Assembly: GCA_046593365.1 (NCBI GenBank)
Contig: JBKJOA010000066.1
Span: 1-41,087, forward strand
Source of the DNA: Limisphaerales bacterium
GTDB lineage: Bacteria > Verrucomicrobiota > Verrucomicrobiia > Limisphaerales > CANJXF01
DNA length: 41,087 bases
Reading direction: 5' to 3'
The position numbers and the translations under genes were made by a program. The notes below the pieces were generated by a model. That model saw only the letters and a program-made list of their open reading frames with translations, was not told where the DNA came from and ran no database searches. The first letter of the stretch is position 1; each line of letters begins with the position of its first letter. This document shows positions 26,815-35,541 of this stretch, piece by piece.

Positions 26815-29559
26815 TTATGGAATGCGCATTTGATAAAAGCGGCGCGCGTAATTCGTCGCGTTGGCATCGATGAATTGATACAAATCCGGTGCAATTTGTG
26901 TGGCTGCGCCGATCATCGTCCAATTGATTAGATTTGTGGAGGCATAGACGCTGCCGCTTTGGCCACTGGCGGTCGAGAAAGCGAATTGGAACCTTCCGTC
27001 GCCGAGTCGTGAGATACCCGTCAGGCTCGTAAGGAACGAAACCCGGCGCGGAGTTACATCGGACCATGAATTGCCGATTCGCAACTCGTCCCATTGCATC
27101 GCAGCGGGAAGAGAATTTGCACCAGTCGCTAAATTTTGTCGGAAGTTGAAGCGGTCAATCGCGATGCCGTCAGTGCCAGTATTTGCCGAAATGGAATTCG
27201 TCGGAGCGGAGCCACTGCCTAACGCGGACGAGTTCGAATTGATCCAGAGAGTGACTGGGTTAGGCACGGTGCTGAAATCATATTTTCCCACGATCAAAAC
27301 GGTTTCGTTAGTGTGATACTCCGTGGTGTCGAATATAGCCGAAGCTCCAGTTCCACCTTTTTGCACACCCATGACGTAGCCCGACGAAGAATTGCTTCTC
27401 ACCATTATTTGGAGCCGAAAACCAGTGTTATCCGTCGCCCCCAAGGCACCGACTTGCGACGACAACCCGTTCCATCCGCCAGCTCCGTATCCGAGATTGT
27501 TCATCCTGAACAGCACGGAAAAATAAAGATTGCCGCTGTTCACGTTCGTTCCGATTAACCGCCGGAGGCCATAACCGATTCCGCCATTAGTTACACTGTT
27601 GCCAATTGGAACGGTTAAACCCGGATAGGAAAGACTTCCGCTGGTCACATGGGAATCGTCGGGTGCGTTGTTTCCACCCAACGTCCAGTTTACCGGTGTG
27701 TTCGCGGTGACCGGACCGCCAAAATTCGAGTAATTAAATGGCTCATAGAAAAATGGCTGGCTGGAGGGAACGGTCAAATCCGCAGGGGTGCTGGTCGCAG
27801 TCCCCACCGCATTGCTCACGATGACGGTGTAGCTGCCCGCATCGGCAAATTGCACATTTGAGCGGGTGAAAGTATTCGCGGTGGCTCCCGGGATGTTGAC
27901 TCGGTTGAATTGCCATTGATAAGTGAGCAGCGCAGTCCCCACCGCATGCGCGGTAAACGTCGCATCGGTTCCCAAAAGGTTTTCGCGGCTGACCGGGTGT
28001 AGCGTTAGCGCGGGCGAACCGGTCACGGGCGTCGATTGCACTCCGACAAACGAAGCGCCATCCGCAAATTTAAATAAGGCCGCGTTGCCGCCGTTTAAGT
28101 TTAAGACCAACTGCCGAAAACCATTCGTCAACGTGAGCCATTGCAGTTCCGCCACGCCGGTTAGCGGATTCAACATTTGCACAGCGGTGACACTGCTATG
28201 AAAGTTGAGCCTAATTTCCTGAAGGCAATCAGCGGCGGTTCCGGTGGGATCACTCAAGCCGTTTACGACCATCATGTAAGTTTCATTCGTGTAGTTCGGT
28301 CCGTCGAAACTTTCATCCAAGGGCTTGAACCAGGAAACGATCACATCGCCGGGGTGGCCGTTGTTTTTAGCTCCCAAATTGGTAATCGTCCAATTGTTCG
28401 TGAGGTAAGGATCGTTGCGCCGATAAACCCACTCGGTGTAACTCGCGCCCGGCATATCCTGATCTGTCAGGAAGCCAATGGGAATGGGTGTGACCGCGCC
28501 ATTCGCATCTGTTCCGCGTATTATCGCCATGCTCGTCGTGTAGCCAACATACCCTTCAATGGTGATTGGGGTCAGACGAGTGAGCGCTTTTCCGAGATTT
28601 CGAGCGCGCTTGTTGACATCGGTGATTTCCGCATAGAGCCCGTTCGTGCTGATAACACTGTCACCCGAGCCATTAAAAGTTTTTGTAAACAAAGAACCAG
28701 AACTTGTGTTGTATGTAAAATCGGTAAAAAATTTTGCGTTGAACGCCATCGCGGCGAAAGTGTTGAGTCGAAGTTCTGATGGCGAAGGATCACGAAAAAC
28801 ATGTCCGTCGTAATCCTGCACGGCATGAAACGTTTGCCGATAAATCGCCAGTGGAATACCTGCGCCTTTTGCGTATTCGCGATATTGACGCAAATAGCCA
28901 TACCAATCTTTCACTAGCGTACTGCCCGGCCCGGGGATCGCAGGACCGGTGTTGTTCGGTTCGGCTGTGTCGTAAACCGATTGCCAAGGGTAACTGTCGA
29001 AGCAAAGCATATCGGGTTGAGCGCGTGTGATGAAATCGTAAAGCTGCGCGTCCCCGATCTGGCCACCCCAATTATTGTGATAAAGAATTGAATTTGGCCA
29101 ATTGCTGCGTACTGCAACAAACCAATCAACCAAACTTGTGCGAATCGTATCGTCATTCAAATTCCATTCATCACCGAGTTGAATATTGACGAGTTGGTTC
29201 GTGTGGGGAATTTCGTTTGTTCGTGAAAATGAGTCTCCGTTCCCAGTTTGACCGAAACCCATGGTGGGCATGTTCGCTTCATCAGAAGCCCATCGCGCCC
29301 AGGGGAAACCGAGTGGCTCACCGACAAATGTTGAAATGGGTCCCACGTTGCCCGTGGAATTCCATAGAAAATTTACGGCGGTATAATTCGCATTCGAATA
29401 GGTGTCTAAATGAAAATAGTTGTCCGGCTGCACCATTCCCTGAATCTGCAAACCTCGATCGAGGAGAATCTGATTTCCTTTGCTAATCTGAGCATGGCTG
29501 ATCTGAGAAAAGAGCGAGTTGATTAAAGTCAGCGCCAAAACAAAACGAGAAACAAACAT
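26815..29559 (-). CDS. Large secreted multidomain protein (N-terminal ~470-aa domain of unknown family, Ig I-set, LamG/ConA-like, C-terminal FYR module)
   Basis: Signal peptide MFVSRFVLALTLINSLFSQISHA. The Ig I-set pattern is TFTAHAVGTALLTYQWQFNRVNIPGATANTFTRSNVQFADAGSYTVIVSNAVGTATS. A jelly-roll-like segment ends MQWDELRIGNSWSDVTP. The C-terminus is ...NYARRFYQMRIP. A glycoside-hydrolase (TIM-barrel) reading of the N-terminal part (QLGDEWN, LCFDSYPWQ) is only a guess. Confidence 0.8.
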   Translation of the reverse strand: MFVSRFVLALTLINSLFSQISHAQISKGNQILLDRGLQIQGMVQPDNYFHLDTYSNANYTAVNFLWNSTGNVGPISTFVGEPLGFPWARWASDEANMPTMGFGQTGNGDSFSRTNEIPHTNQLVNIQLGDEWNLNDDTIRTSLVDWFVAVRSNWPNSILYHNNWGGQIGDAQLYDFITRAQPDMLCFDSYPWQSVYDTAEPNNTGPAIPGPGSTLVKDWYGYLRQYREYAKGAGIPLAIYRQTFHAVQDYDGHVFRDPSPSELRLNTFAAMAFNAKFFTDFTYNTSSGSLFTKTFNGSGDSVISTNGLYAEITDVNKRARNLGKALTRLTPITIEGYVGYTTSMAIIRGTDANGAVTPIPIGFLTDQDMPGASYTEWVYRRNDPYLTNNWTITNLGAKNNGHPGDVIVSWFKPLDESFDGPNYTNETYMMVVNGLSDPTGTAADCLQEIRLNFHSSVTAVQMLNPLTGVAELQWLTLTNGFRQLVLNLNGGNAALFKFADGASFVGVQSTPVTGSPALTLHPVSRENLLGTDATFTAHAVGTALLTYQWQFNRVNIPGATANTFTRSNVQFADAGSYTVIVSNAVGTATSTPADLTVPSSQPFFYEPFNYSNFGGPVTANTPVNWTLGGNNAPDDSHVTSGSLSYPGLTVPIGNSVTNGGIGYGLRRLIGTNVNSGNLYFSVLFRMNNLGYGAGGWNGLSSQVGALGATDNTGFRLQIMVRSNSSSGYVMGVQKGGTGASAIFDTTEYHTNETVLIVGKYDFSTVPNPVTLWINSNSSALGSGSAPTNSISANTGTDGIAIDRFNFRQNLATGANSLPAAMQWDELRIGNSWSDVTPRRVSFLTSLTGISRLGDGRFQFAFSTASGQSGSVYASTNLINWTMIGAATQIAPDLYQFIDANATNYARRFYQMRIP

Positions 29560-29707
29560 CGTCCAACTGTAATCCCTTCTTCCAACTCAAACAAGCCGCA
29601 AACCAAATTTTGGGGGCCTAATTGGCGCTACCAGGAATAAATATTTGCCAGCCAAGAGGACTGTTGGTTACTCCTTGAAACCAAAATGTCTGACGAAGCG
29701 GTATTGC

Positions 29708-31069
29708 CTACATATTGACGATGATATTATCGCCGAACTCGGAACATTTAATTTCCATAGCGCCTTCCATTTGCCGCGCAAAGTCGTAAGTAACGCGTTT
29801 GGAACCAATCGCACCGTTTAAACCTTTGATGATCAGGTCCGCCGCTTCTGTCCAGCCCATGTAACGCAACATCATTTCACCGGAGAGCACCACGCTTCCC
29901 GGATTTACCTTGTCCAGATTCGCATATTTTGGTGCCGTGCCGTGAGTCGCTTCGAAAATGGCGTGACCAGTAATGTAATTAATGTTTCCACCGGGCGCGA
30001 TGCCGATCCCGCCAACCTGAGCCGCCAGTGCGTCGCTCAAATAATCCCCGTTCAAATTCAACGTAGCGATGACATCAAAGTCTTCCGGACGCGTGAGGAC
30101 CTGCTGCAAGACGATATCTGCAATCGCATCTTTGATCAGCAAACGTCCCGATTTGATTGCAGACTTTTGTTCCTCGTTGGCGGCGGGTTCGCCTTTCTCC
30201 TTTTTTGTGCGTTCCCATTGTGACCAGGTATAAACTTTGTCGCCGAAAATGCGTTCCGCCGCAGCATAACCCCAGTCACGGAACGCACCTTCGGTATATT
30301 TCATGATGTTCCCTTTGTGAACGAAGGTGACACTCTTGCGTTTGAATTTCAGTGCGTATTCGATCGCCGCTTTGACGAGCCGAATCGTGCCGACGTTGGA
30401 GACCGGCTTGATGCCGATGCCGACTTGCACCGGAATATTCGAGACATCGTGATCAGGCGCTGCCAGCTTCATATATTCGGCGATTTTTTCTTTCGTGCCG
30501 AAACGAATCTTGCTGAAGTCCTTCGGAAATTCCTTGGCAATAAAATCCAAAACTTTTTGTGCTTCAGGCGAGCCGCCGACGTATTCGATCCCTGCGTAAA
30601 TGTCCTCCGTATTTTCACGGAAGATGGTCATATCCACTTTCTCGGGATGTTTCACCGGTGAGGGAACGCCGGTGAAATACTGAACCGGTCGTAAACAAAC
30701 ATAGAGATCGAGCATCTGACGCAACGCGACGTTCAGCGAACGAATACCGCCGCCGATTGGCGTGGTCAGCGGTCCCTTGATTCCGACGAGAAATTCCCGG
30801 AACGCCTCAACCGTGTCGTCGGGCAACCAGTTGTTAAATTTTTGGAACGACGTCTCGCCGGCGAAAACTTCGAACCACGAAATTTTCCGGTTTCCACCGT
30901 AAGCTTTGAGAACAGCAGCATCGAACACCCGCTCGCTCGCTGCCCAAATGTCCGCACCAGTGCCATCGCCGCGGATGAAAGGGATAACGGGATTTTCTGG
31001 AACGGTGAGTTTGCCGTTTGCGATCGTGATTTTGCCGCCGGTTGGTGGAGTGATGTCTTTGTAAGCCAT
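29708..31069 (-). CDS. icd: NADP-dependent isocitrate dehydrogenase (homodimeric prokaryotic type)
   Basis: [72 protein letters not shown] and [11 protein letters not shown] are canonical ICDH blocks. Confidence 0.95.
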   Translation of the reverse strand: MAYKDITPPTGGKITIANGKLTVPENPVIPFIRGDGTGADIWAASERVFDAAVLKAYGGNRKISWFEVFAGETSFQKFNNWLPDDTVEAFREFLVGIKGPLTTPIGGGIRSLNVALRQMLDLYVCLRPVQYFTGVPSPVKHPEKVDMTIFRENTEDIYAGIEYVGGSPEAQKVLDFIAKEFPKDFSKIRFGTKEKIAEYMKLAAPDHDVSNIPVQVGIGIKPVSNVGTIRLVKAAIEYALKFKRKSVTFVHKGNIMKYTEGAFRDWGYAAAERIFGDKVYTWSQWERTKKEKGEPAANEEQKSAIKSGRLLIKDAIADIVLQQVLTRPEDFDVIATLNLNGDYLSDALAAQVGGIGIAPGGNINYITGHAIFEATHGTAPKYANLDKVNPGSVVLSGEMMLRYMGWTEAADLIIKGLNGAIGSKRVTYDFARQMEGAMEIKCSEFGDNIIVNM

Positions 31070-31573
31070 ATTTGTAATTCAGTTAAAAATTGAGGAAAGA
31101 GTTGAGTGGCGAAACTGACGGAAATCAAGGAAAAGATAATTACTTCCTGCCACGGTGTAATTGGTGTCGGCCTGTACCGGCAACATCCACGGGTCGCGCG
31201 TGGACAACTTCAAAACTTTTATTGAAACAAATGTTGTTCCAGGTCCGTGGGGCACCAATTATGCCCGCAGGTTTTACCGCGCAATTTTAGTAGAGTGAGG
31301 GTCAATCAACCAGATCGGTTCAGCGCGAAACTCCCTCGTGAATTTATAGACAAGCCGCACTGTTCCACGTCAGGCAACTCTCCACCTGGCCCAAGCCAAT
31401 CCCTGACTGGAGGAACTGCGCAACCCATCGTATTTATTAGCAGGTCGCGGGGCGAGCAAACAGGACAAGTAAGACAAGTTGTTTTGTTAACTACAAAAAG
31501 TCCTGTTTTAAAAATTACGCGGCGGCCATTGCCATAAAACTTGCAGCGAGTCGCGTCTGCATCTAAACATTGC

Positions 31574-32824
31574 ATGGCTGTAGCGGAAAACCAGCCGACC
31601 AAAAACCGCGTGAACACAATTCTATCTTTCCACGATTTCGCCGAGGCTCTGTGCGAGTTCATTCACCAAAGTGCTGCCGACATGCTGTCGGCAAAATCGA
31701 CCGAGCTGCCGACCGAATGCCGGCAGCACCTTGAAACGCCATTCAACGAACTCGCTTTGTCTCTTTTCGCCCTGCAATTCTCTGGGGTTGCTCCGTATCG
31801 CCGCTTCTGCGACGCGCGAAAAATTTCTCCAACCAACATCAAACAGTGGAAAGAAATTCCCTCTCTGCCCACGAGCGCTTTCAAAGAACTCGAACTTTCC
31901 AGTTTGAAAACAAACGAACGAACCCATGTTTTTCACTCCAGCGGAACGACCGAACAGGTTCCCAGCCGCCACTTTCACAACGCGGAATCCCTCGCGATTT
32001 ATGAAGCGTCGCTCTTGCCCTGGTTCCAAAAACATTTTCTGAGCGACTGGGACAAATTGGCCGAGCCTGCGTTAACGGGTCCGATTGAAAAGCCCGGTTT
32101 TATTTTTCTGACGCCCCCCCCTGCCCTTGCGCCAAATTCTTCGCTCGTTCACATGTTCGAAACCGTTCGCTACCATTTGGGTTCACGCGATTCTTTTTTT
32201 GGCGGGAAAATTGACGACGCCAATTCCTGGACATTGGACATCGAACAAACGCTTTTCGGTTTGCGCAAATCTATGTGTGCAAATCGTCCCATCGGGATTC
32301 TTGGAACGGCTTTCTCGTTTGTTCATCTTTTAGATTATTTTGCCGCCAACAACATTCGCTATCGGCTCGCCGCCGGATCGCGTGTTCTGGAAACGGGCGG
32401 CTACAAAGGGCGTTCGCGATCTTTGCCAAAGGCGGAATTGCATCAACTGATCACCAAACACCTTGGAATTCCCGCGTCGCACATCATTTGCGAATACGGC
32501 ATGAGCGAACTCAGTTCTCAAGCCTATGATCACTCGATTGAATTTCAGCCCGATTCTGAAAATAAAAACATAAAATCTAAAACCAAAAACTCGCGGGCGT
32601 TTAGTTTTCCCCCGTGGACGCGCGTCCAAATTATTTCGCCCGAAACGGGCAACGAGGTTAACGAAGGCGAAACCGGTTTGATCCGCATCGTGGACCTGGC
32701 GAATGTCTTTTCCATCCTCGCCGTCCAGACCGATGATTTGGGAATTCGGTGCGGCAATGGTTTTAAGCTGGTGGGTCGCGCAACGCTGGCAGAACCGCGC
32801 GGTTGTTCCTTGATGGCGAAATAA
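31574..32824 (+). CDS. LuxE-family acyl-protein synthetase (adenylate-forming) homologue
   Basis: FHSSGTT (AMP-binding-type motif), LETGGYKGRS, EYGMSELSSQ, PPWTRVQII.PETG, GLIRIVDLAN and the C-terminal LVGRATLAEPRGCSLMAK follow the LuxE family layout. ATG 31574 is chosen; TTG 31541 and ATG 31682 are alternatives. Confidence 0.8.
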   Translation: MAVAENQPTKNRVNTILSFHDFAEALCEFIHQSAADMLSAKSTELPTECRQHLETPFNELALSLFALQFSGVAPYRRFCDARKISPTNIKQWKEIPSLPTSAFKELELSSLKTNERTHVFHSSGTTEQVPSRHFHNAESLAIYEASLLPWFQKHFLSDWDKLAEPALTGPIEKPGFIFLTPPPALAPNSSLVHMFETVRYHLGSRDSFFGGKIDDANSWTLDIEQTLFGLRKSMCANRPIGILGTAFSFVHLLDYFAANNIRYRLAAGSRVLETGGYKGRSRSLPKAELHQLITKHLGIPASHIICEYGMSELSSQAYDHSIEFQPDSENKNIKSKTKNSRAFSFPPWTRVQIISPETGNEVNEGETGLIRIVDLANVFSILAVQTDDLGIRCGNGFKLVGRATLAEPRGCSLMAK

Positions 32825-32893
32825 TCTCAGAGCGACAAAACAATCCGTGAAATCTCGTTTCAACTGTGGCTAATTCCACTCGGCTTTCACAAG

Positions 32894-34153
32894 ATGGATC
32901 AAAATAGAAAAAGTAAAATTCGAACGCTCTGGCTGTGCGGGGCGCTGCATGCGTTCACGCACATTTATCACGTCGCGTTGATCCCGCTCTATTTGCTCAT
33001 CCAAAAAGATTTCCAGCTCGCCAGTGTTGAGGCGGCCACGCTGCTCGTCACCATCATGGGGATCTCTTATTTTCTGCCCAGCTATCTGATGGGAATTCTG
33101 GCGGATCGCGTGAGCCGCAAAAAACTTCTGGCGTTTGGCCTCGCGATCAACGGCCTCGGGTTTGTGGGCCTCGCCTTTGCGCCGACTTATTCCGTGGCGT
33201 TGGTCTGCGTGATCATCGCTGGTTTGGGTGGAAGTTTTTATCATCCGGCAGCCACGGCGTTGGTGGCGCGTTTGTATCCAACCGGAACCGGTAAAGCCCT
33301 CGGCCTGGTTGGGATTGGTGCCAGTGTTGGATTTTGTGTAAGCCCAATTTATTCCGGTTGGCGCGCCATGCATGGAAACTGGCGAAACCCCGTTCTCGAA
33401 CTTGGCTTGTTGGGCATCGTTGCCGCCATTGCCTTCTACTTACTCGCGGAGGAAGATCGTTTGCCGGAATCGGAAACCCGATTCTCGTCGTCATCCGAGA
33501 AAATTTTTCCGACGCGCACGCTCTGGCTATTTTTTATTGCGGCTAGTTTCGCTTTCAGCATGCGTGATTTTGCGGGGAGCGGCATGGGAAGTTTGTCATC
33601 GCTTTTTCTCCAGCAAGCGCACGCGTTCAATCCGAAATTCACCGGCCTGGCGCTCTCGGGACTCTTCCTCGCTTCCGCGATCAGCAACCCGCTCTTTGGC
33701 GGCCTCAGCGACGGTGGACGCATGCGGTGGACAAGTTTGGTGCTTCTGGTCGCAGCCCTTATGATCGCCCTCTTTCCGCATGTCTCCCAAAACTGGATCA
33801 TTCCAACGCTCGCGATTTACGGATTCTTTTTCATGGCCAGCTATCCAATGGTCGAAGCGGCGATCATGGAATCAGTGCATGATTCCGTGCGCGGCCGGGT
33901 CTTCGGATTGTTCATTACGGTGGGTGGATTGATCGGCAACGTGTCGCATTGGGCGGTGGGAAACTGGGTTAAACATTTAGGTGAAAAGAGTCACCTGCCC
34001 AGCTCCTACTCTCCAATATTCAGCCTACTCGCACTGTTGGTTTTACTTTCCCTGATTGGCTTGCCTTGCTTGCATGCAATTCGGAAAAAGGAAATTCTTG
34101 CGCAGGTTGACGGGGTAACTCGAGAACCGGCCATTCGCGCTGAACCAAAATGA
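32894..34153 (+). CDS. MFS transporter
   Basis: 419 aa with ~12 hydrophobic segments and the MFS loop 2-3 signature GILADRVSRKKLL. A central hydrophilic loop separates two 6-TM halves. Its stop overlaps the next gene's start (ATGA at 34150-34153). Confidence 0.85.
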   Translation: MDQNRKSKIRTLWLCGALHAFTHIYHVALIPLYLLIQKDFQLASVEAATLLVTIMGISYFLPSYLMGILADRVSRKKLLAFGLAINGLGFVGLAFAPTYSVALVCVIIAGLGGSFYHPAATALVARLYPTGTGKALGLVGIGASVGFCVSPIYSGWRAMHGNWRNPVLELGLLGIVAAIAFYLLAEEDRLPESETRFSSSSEKIFPTRTLWLFFIAASFAFSMRDFAGSGMGSLSSLFLQQAHAFNPKFTGLALSGLFLASAISNPLFGGLSDGGRMRWTSLVLLVAALMIALFPHVSQNWIIPTLAIYGFFFMASYPMVEAAIMESVHDSVRGRVFGLFITVGGLIGNVSHWAVGNWVKHLGEKSHLPSSYSPIFSLLALLVLLSLIGLPCLHAIRKKEILAQVDGVTREPAIRAEPK

Positions 34154-35511
34154 ATCTGCCGAATTATTTTCTCGCGGATCTTTCTCACGGCACTGCGTTG
34201 ACCCCCGCGGTCATTAGTGATGCCTGCCAAACGCTCAAGAAGAATCGGGAAAATTATTTAGCGACACGTTCGACGCAAAGTTTAATTCGCATCGTGTCCG
34301 GCATCGCGAAAAATTGGCTCGATCCCGATGACGTGTTTCGTCAGGAAACCATTCGGCACGGACCTGCTGCCACCGGTTTTACCCGCGAGACATTGGCAAC
34401 CGGATTGGATTTATTTTTTGAACAAGTCACTGCGGAAAATTTGCAAACGTTGGTCATCCAGGAATTCGGCGACGCGCAACGCCTCGACACGCTCAGCGCC
34501 ACTCCATCCGAGCAAAAAACCAATCGTGCTTCGTTTGTGCGCGGCCCGGAATTACTCGCGCACATCACCGGCGGAAGCATTCCCAACCCGGTGTTGACCA
34601 GCATCATTTTTGGGCTGCTCACGCGCTCGGCACAGTTTGTGAAATGCGCCAGCGGCAGCTCATTTGTGCCTCGGATGTTTGCACACTCGATTTATGAAAC
34701 GGAACCAAAACTCGGTGCCTGTCTGGAAATCGCCGAGTGGAAGGGCGGCAACGAAATCCTGGAAAATGCGCTCTTCTCTGAAATCAATACGCTCACCGCC
34801 ACTGGCAGCGACGAAACTTTGGAAACCATTCGCCGACGCTTGCCGCCAAAAGTTCGTCTGATCGGCCACGGTCATCGTGTGAGTTTTGCCTTTGTCACAA
34901 ACGAAGTTCTTTCTGGAATGAATCCGCAAAGGATTGTCTCACGCGCCGCGCGCGACATCGTGGCGTGGAACCAACTCGGCTGTCTTTCGCCCCATGTGAT
35001 TTACGTCGAGACCGGCGGAAAAATTTCCTCAGAACAATTTGCGGAAATGCTCGCGACGGAACTGGACACGATGGAGCAACAACAACCGCGCGGAATCTTG
35101 TCCACCGAAGAAGCGTCCGCCATCGCTTATCGCCGCTCATTTTACGAAGTTCGCGCAGCGCATTCACTGGACACAAAATTGTGGAGCAGCAGCGGTTCGA
35201 CCGCGTGGACGGTGGTGTTTGAAAATGACCCCCGGTTTCAGATGTCGTGTTTGAATCGCTTTATTTATGTGAAGGCAGTGGGCAATTTGAAGCAGGCGTT
35301 GGAAGGCGCGGACGCCGTGCGCACCAAGGTTTCAACTGTAGGAATCGCTGCTACCGAAGATCGTGCGCTGGAAATTGCCAACGAACTTGCGCAATGGGGC
35401 GCGACCCGAATTTGTCCACTTGGCCAGATGCAAAACCCGCCGCTGTTGTGGCGGCACGATGGACATCCGGCTCTCGGTGATCTCGTCACCTGGACCGATT
35501 GGGAAATGTAA
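34150..35511 (+). CDS. LuxC-family acyl-CoA/acyl-protein reductase homologue
   Basis: 453 aa with an aldehyde-dehydrogenase-like layout. Motifs include HITGGSIPN, LTATGSDETL, GHGHRVSFAFV and a candidate nucleophile Cys in DIVAWNQLGCLSPHVIYVE. It sits in an operon with the luxE-like gene. Confidence 0.75.
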   Translation: MNLPNYFLADLSHGTALTPAVISDACQTLKKNRENYLATRSTQSLIRIVSGIAKNWLDPDDVFRQETIRHGPAATGFTRETLATGLDLFFEQVTAENLQTLVIQEFGDAQRLDTLSATPSEQKTNRASFVRGPELLAHITGGSIPNPVLTSIIFGLLTRSAQFVKCASGSSFVPRMFAHSIYETEPKLGACLEIAEWKGGNEILENALFSEINTLTATGSDETLETIRRRLPPKVRLIGHGHRVSFAFVTNEVLSGMNPQRIVSRAARDIVAWNQLGCLSPHVIYVETGGKISSEQFAEMLATELDTMEQQQPRGILSTEEASAIAYRRSFYEVRAAHSLDTKLWSSSGSTAWTVVFENDPRFQMSCLNRFIYVKAVGNLKQALEGADAVRTKVSTVGIAATEDRALEIANELAQWGATRICPLGQMQNPPLLWRHDGHPALGDLVTWTDWEM

Positions 35512-35541
35512 ACCGCAGTAACGTAGAAAGAGAATAGAAGC

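Noticed and set aside
28177-28779. 200-aa plus-strand ORF inside the 914-aa gene
   Set aside because: It is antisense to a CDS that has a signal peptide and recognisable Ig/LamG-like domains, and it has no motifs of its own.
16856-29559. FYR module as a known C-terminal sorting signal (PEP-CTERM, T9SS CTD, LPXTG)
   Set aside because: There is no PEP motif followed by a TM helix and basic tail, and no LPXTG. T9SS is not expected in this lineage. The module also occurs internally and N-terminally, so it cannot be assigned to a known sorting class. It is reported as an open question instead.
16856-29559. Possibility that the block of giant secreted-protein genes is a horizontally acquired island
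   Set aside because: Spot counts of G+C in several 60-nt lines inside and outside the block were similar, at about 48-50 percent. No integrase, tRNA or direct-repeat boundaries were seen.
31070-31573. A possible preQ1 (or ZTP or guanidine) riboswitch, because queD lies in the downstream operon
   Set aside because: The helices I could draw do not fit the compact preQ1-I pseudoknot with its A-rich tail. I also could not find the conserved cores of the ZTP (GGGUCGUG...CCGCCUGGGC) or ykkC motifs. The region is reported only as an unclassified candidate structure.
31247-31662. 96-aa (+, GTG start) and 118-aa (-) ORFs in the icd / luxE-like spacer
   Set aside because: Their Pro/Arg/Ser-rich translations have no RBS and no motifs. 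The minus-strand ORF also overlaps the luxE-like start. I treated the region as non-coding.
32330-33373. 177-aa and 167-aa minus-strand ORFs opposite the luxE-like and MFS genes
   Set aside because: These are antisense shadows. The sense-strand products have clear family signatures.
31574-35511. Interpreting luxE/luxC homologues as a bioluminescence (lux) operon
   Set aside because: There are no luxA/luxB luciferase, luxD thioesterase or luxG genes anywhere in the window. The pair is therefore treated as a non-luminous acyl-reductase module.
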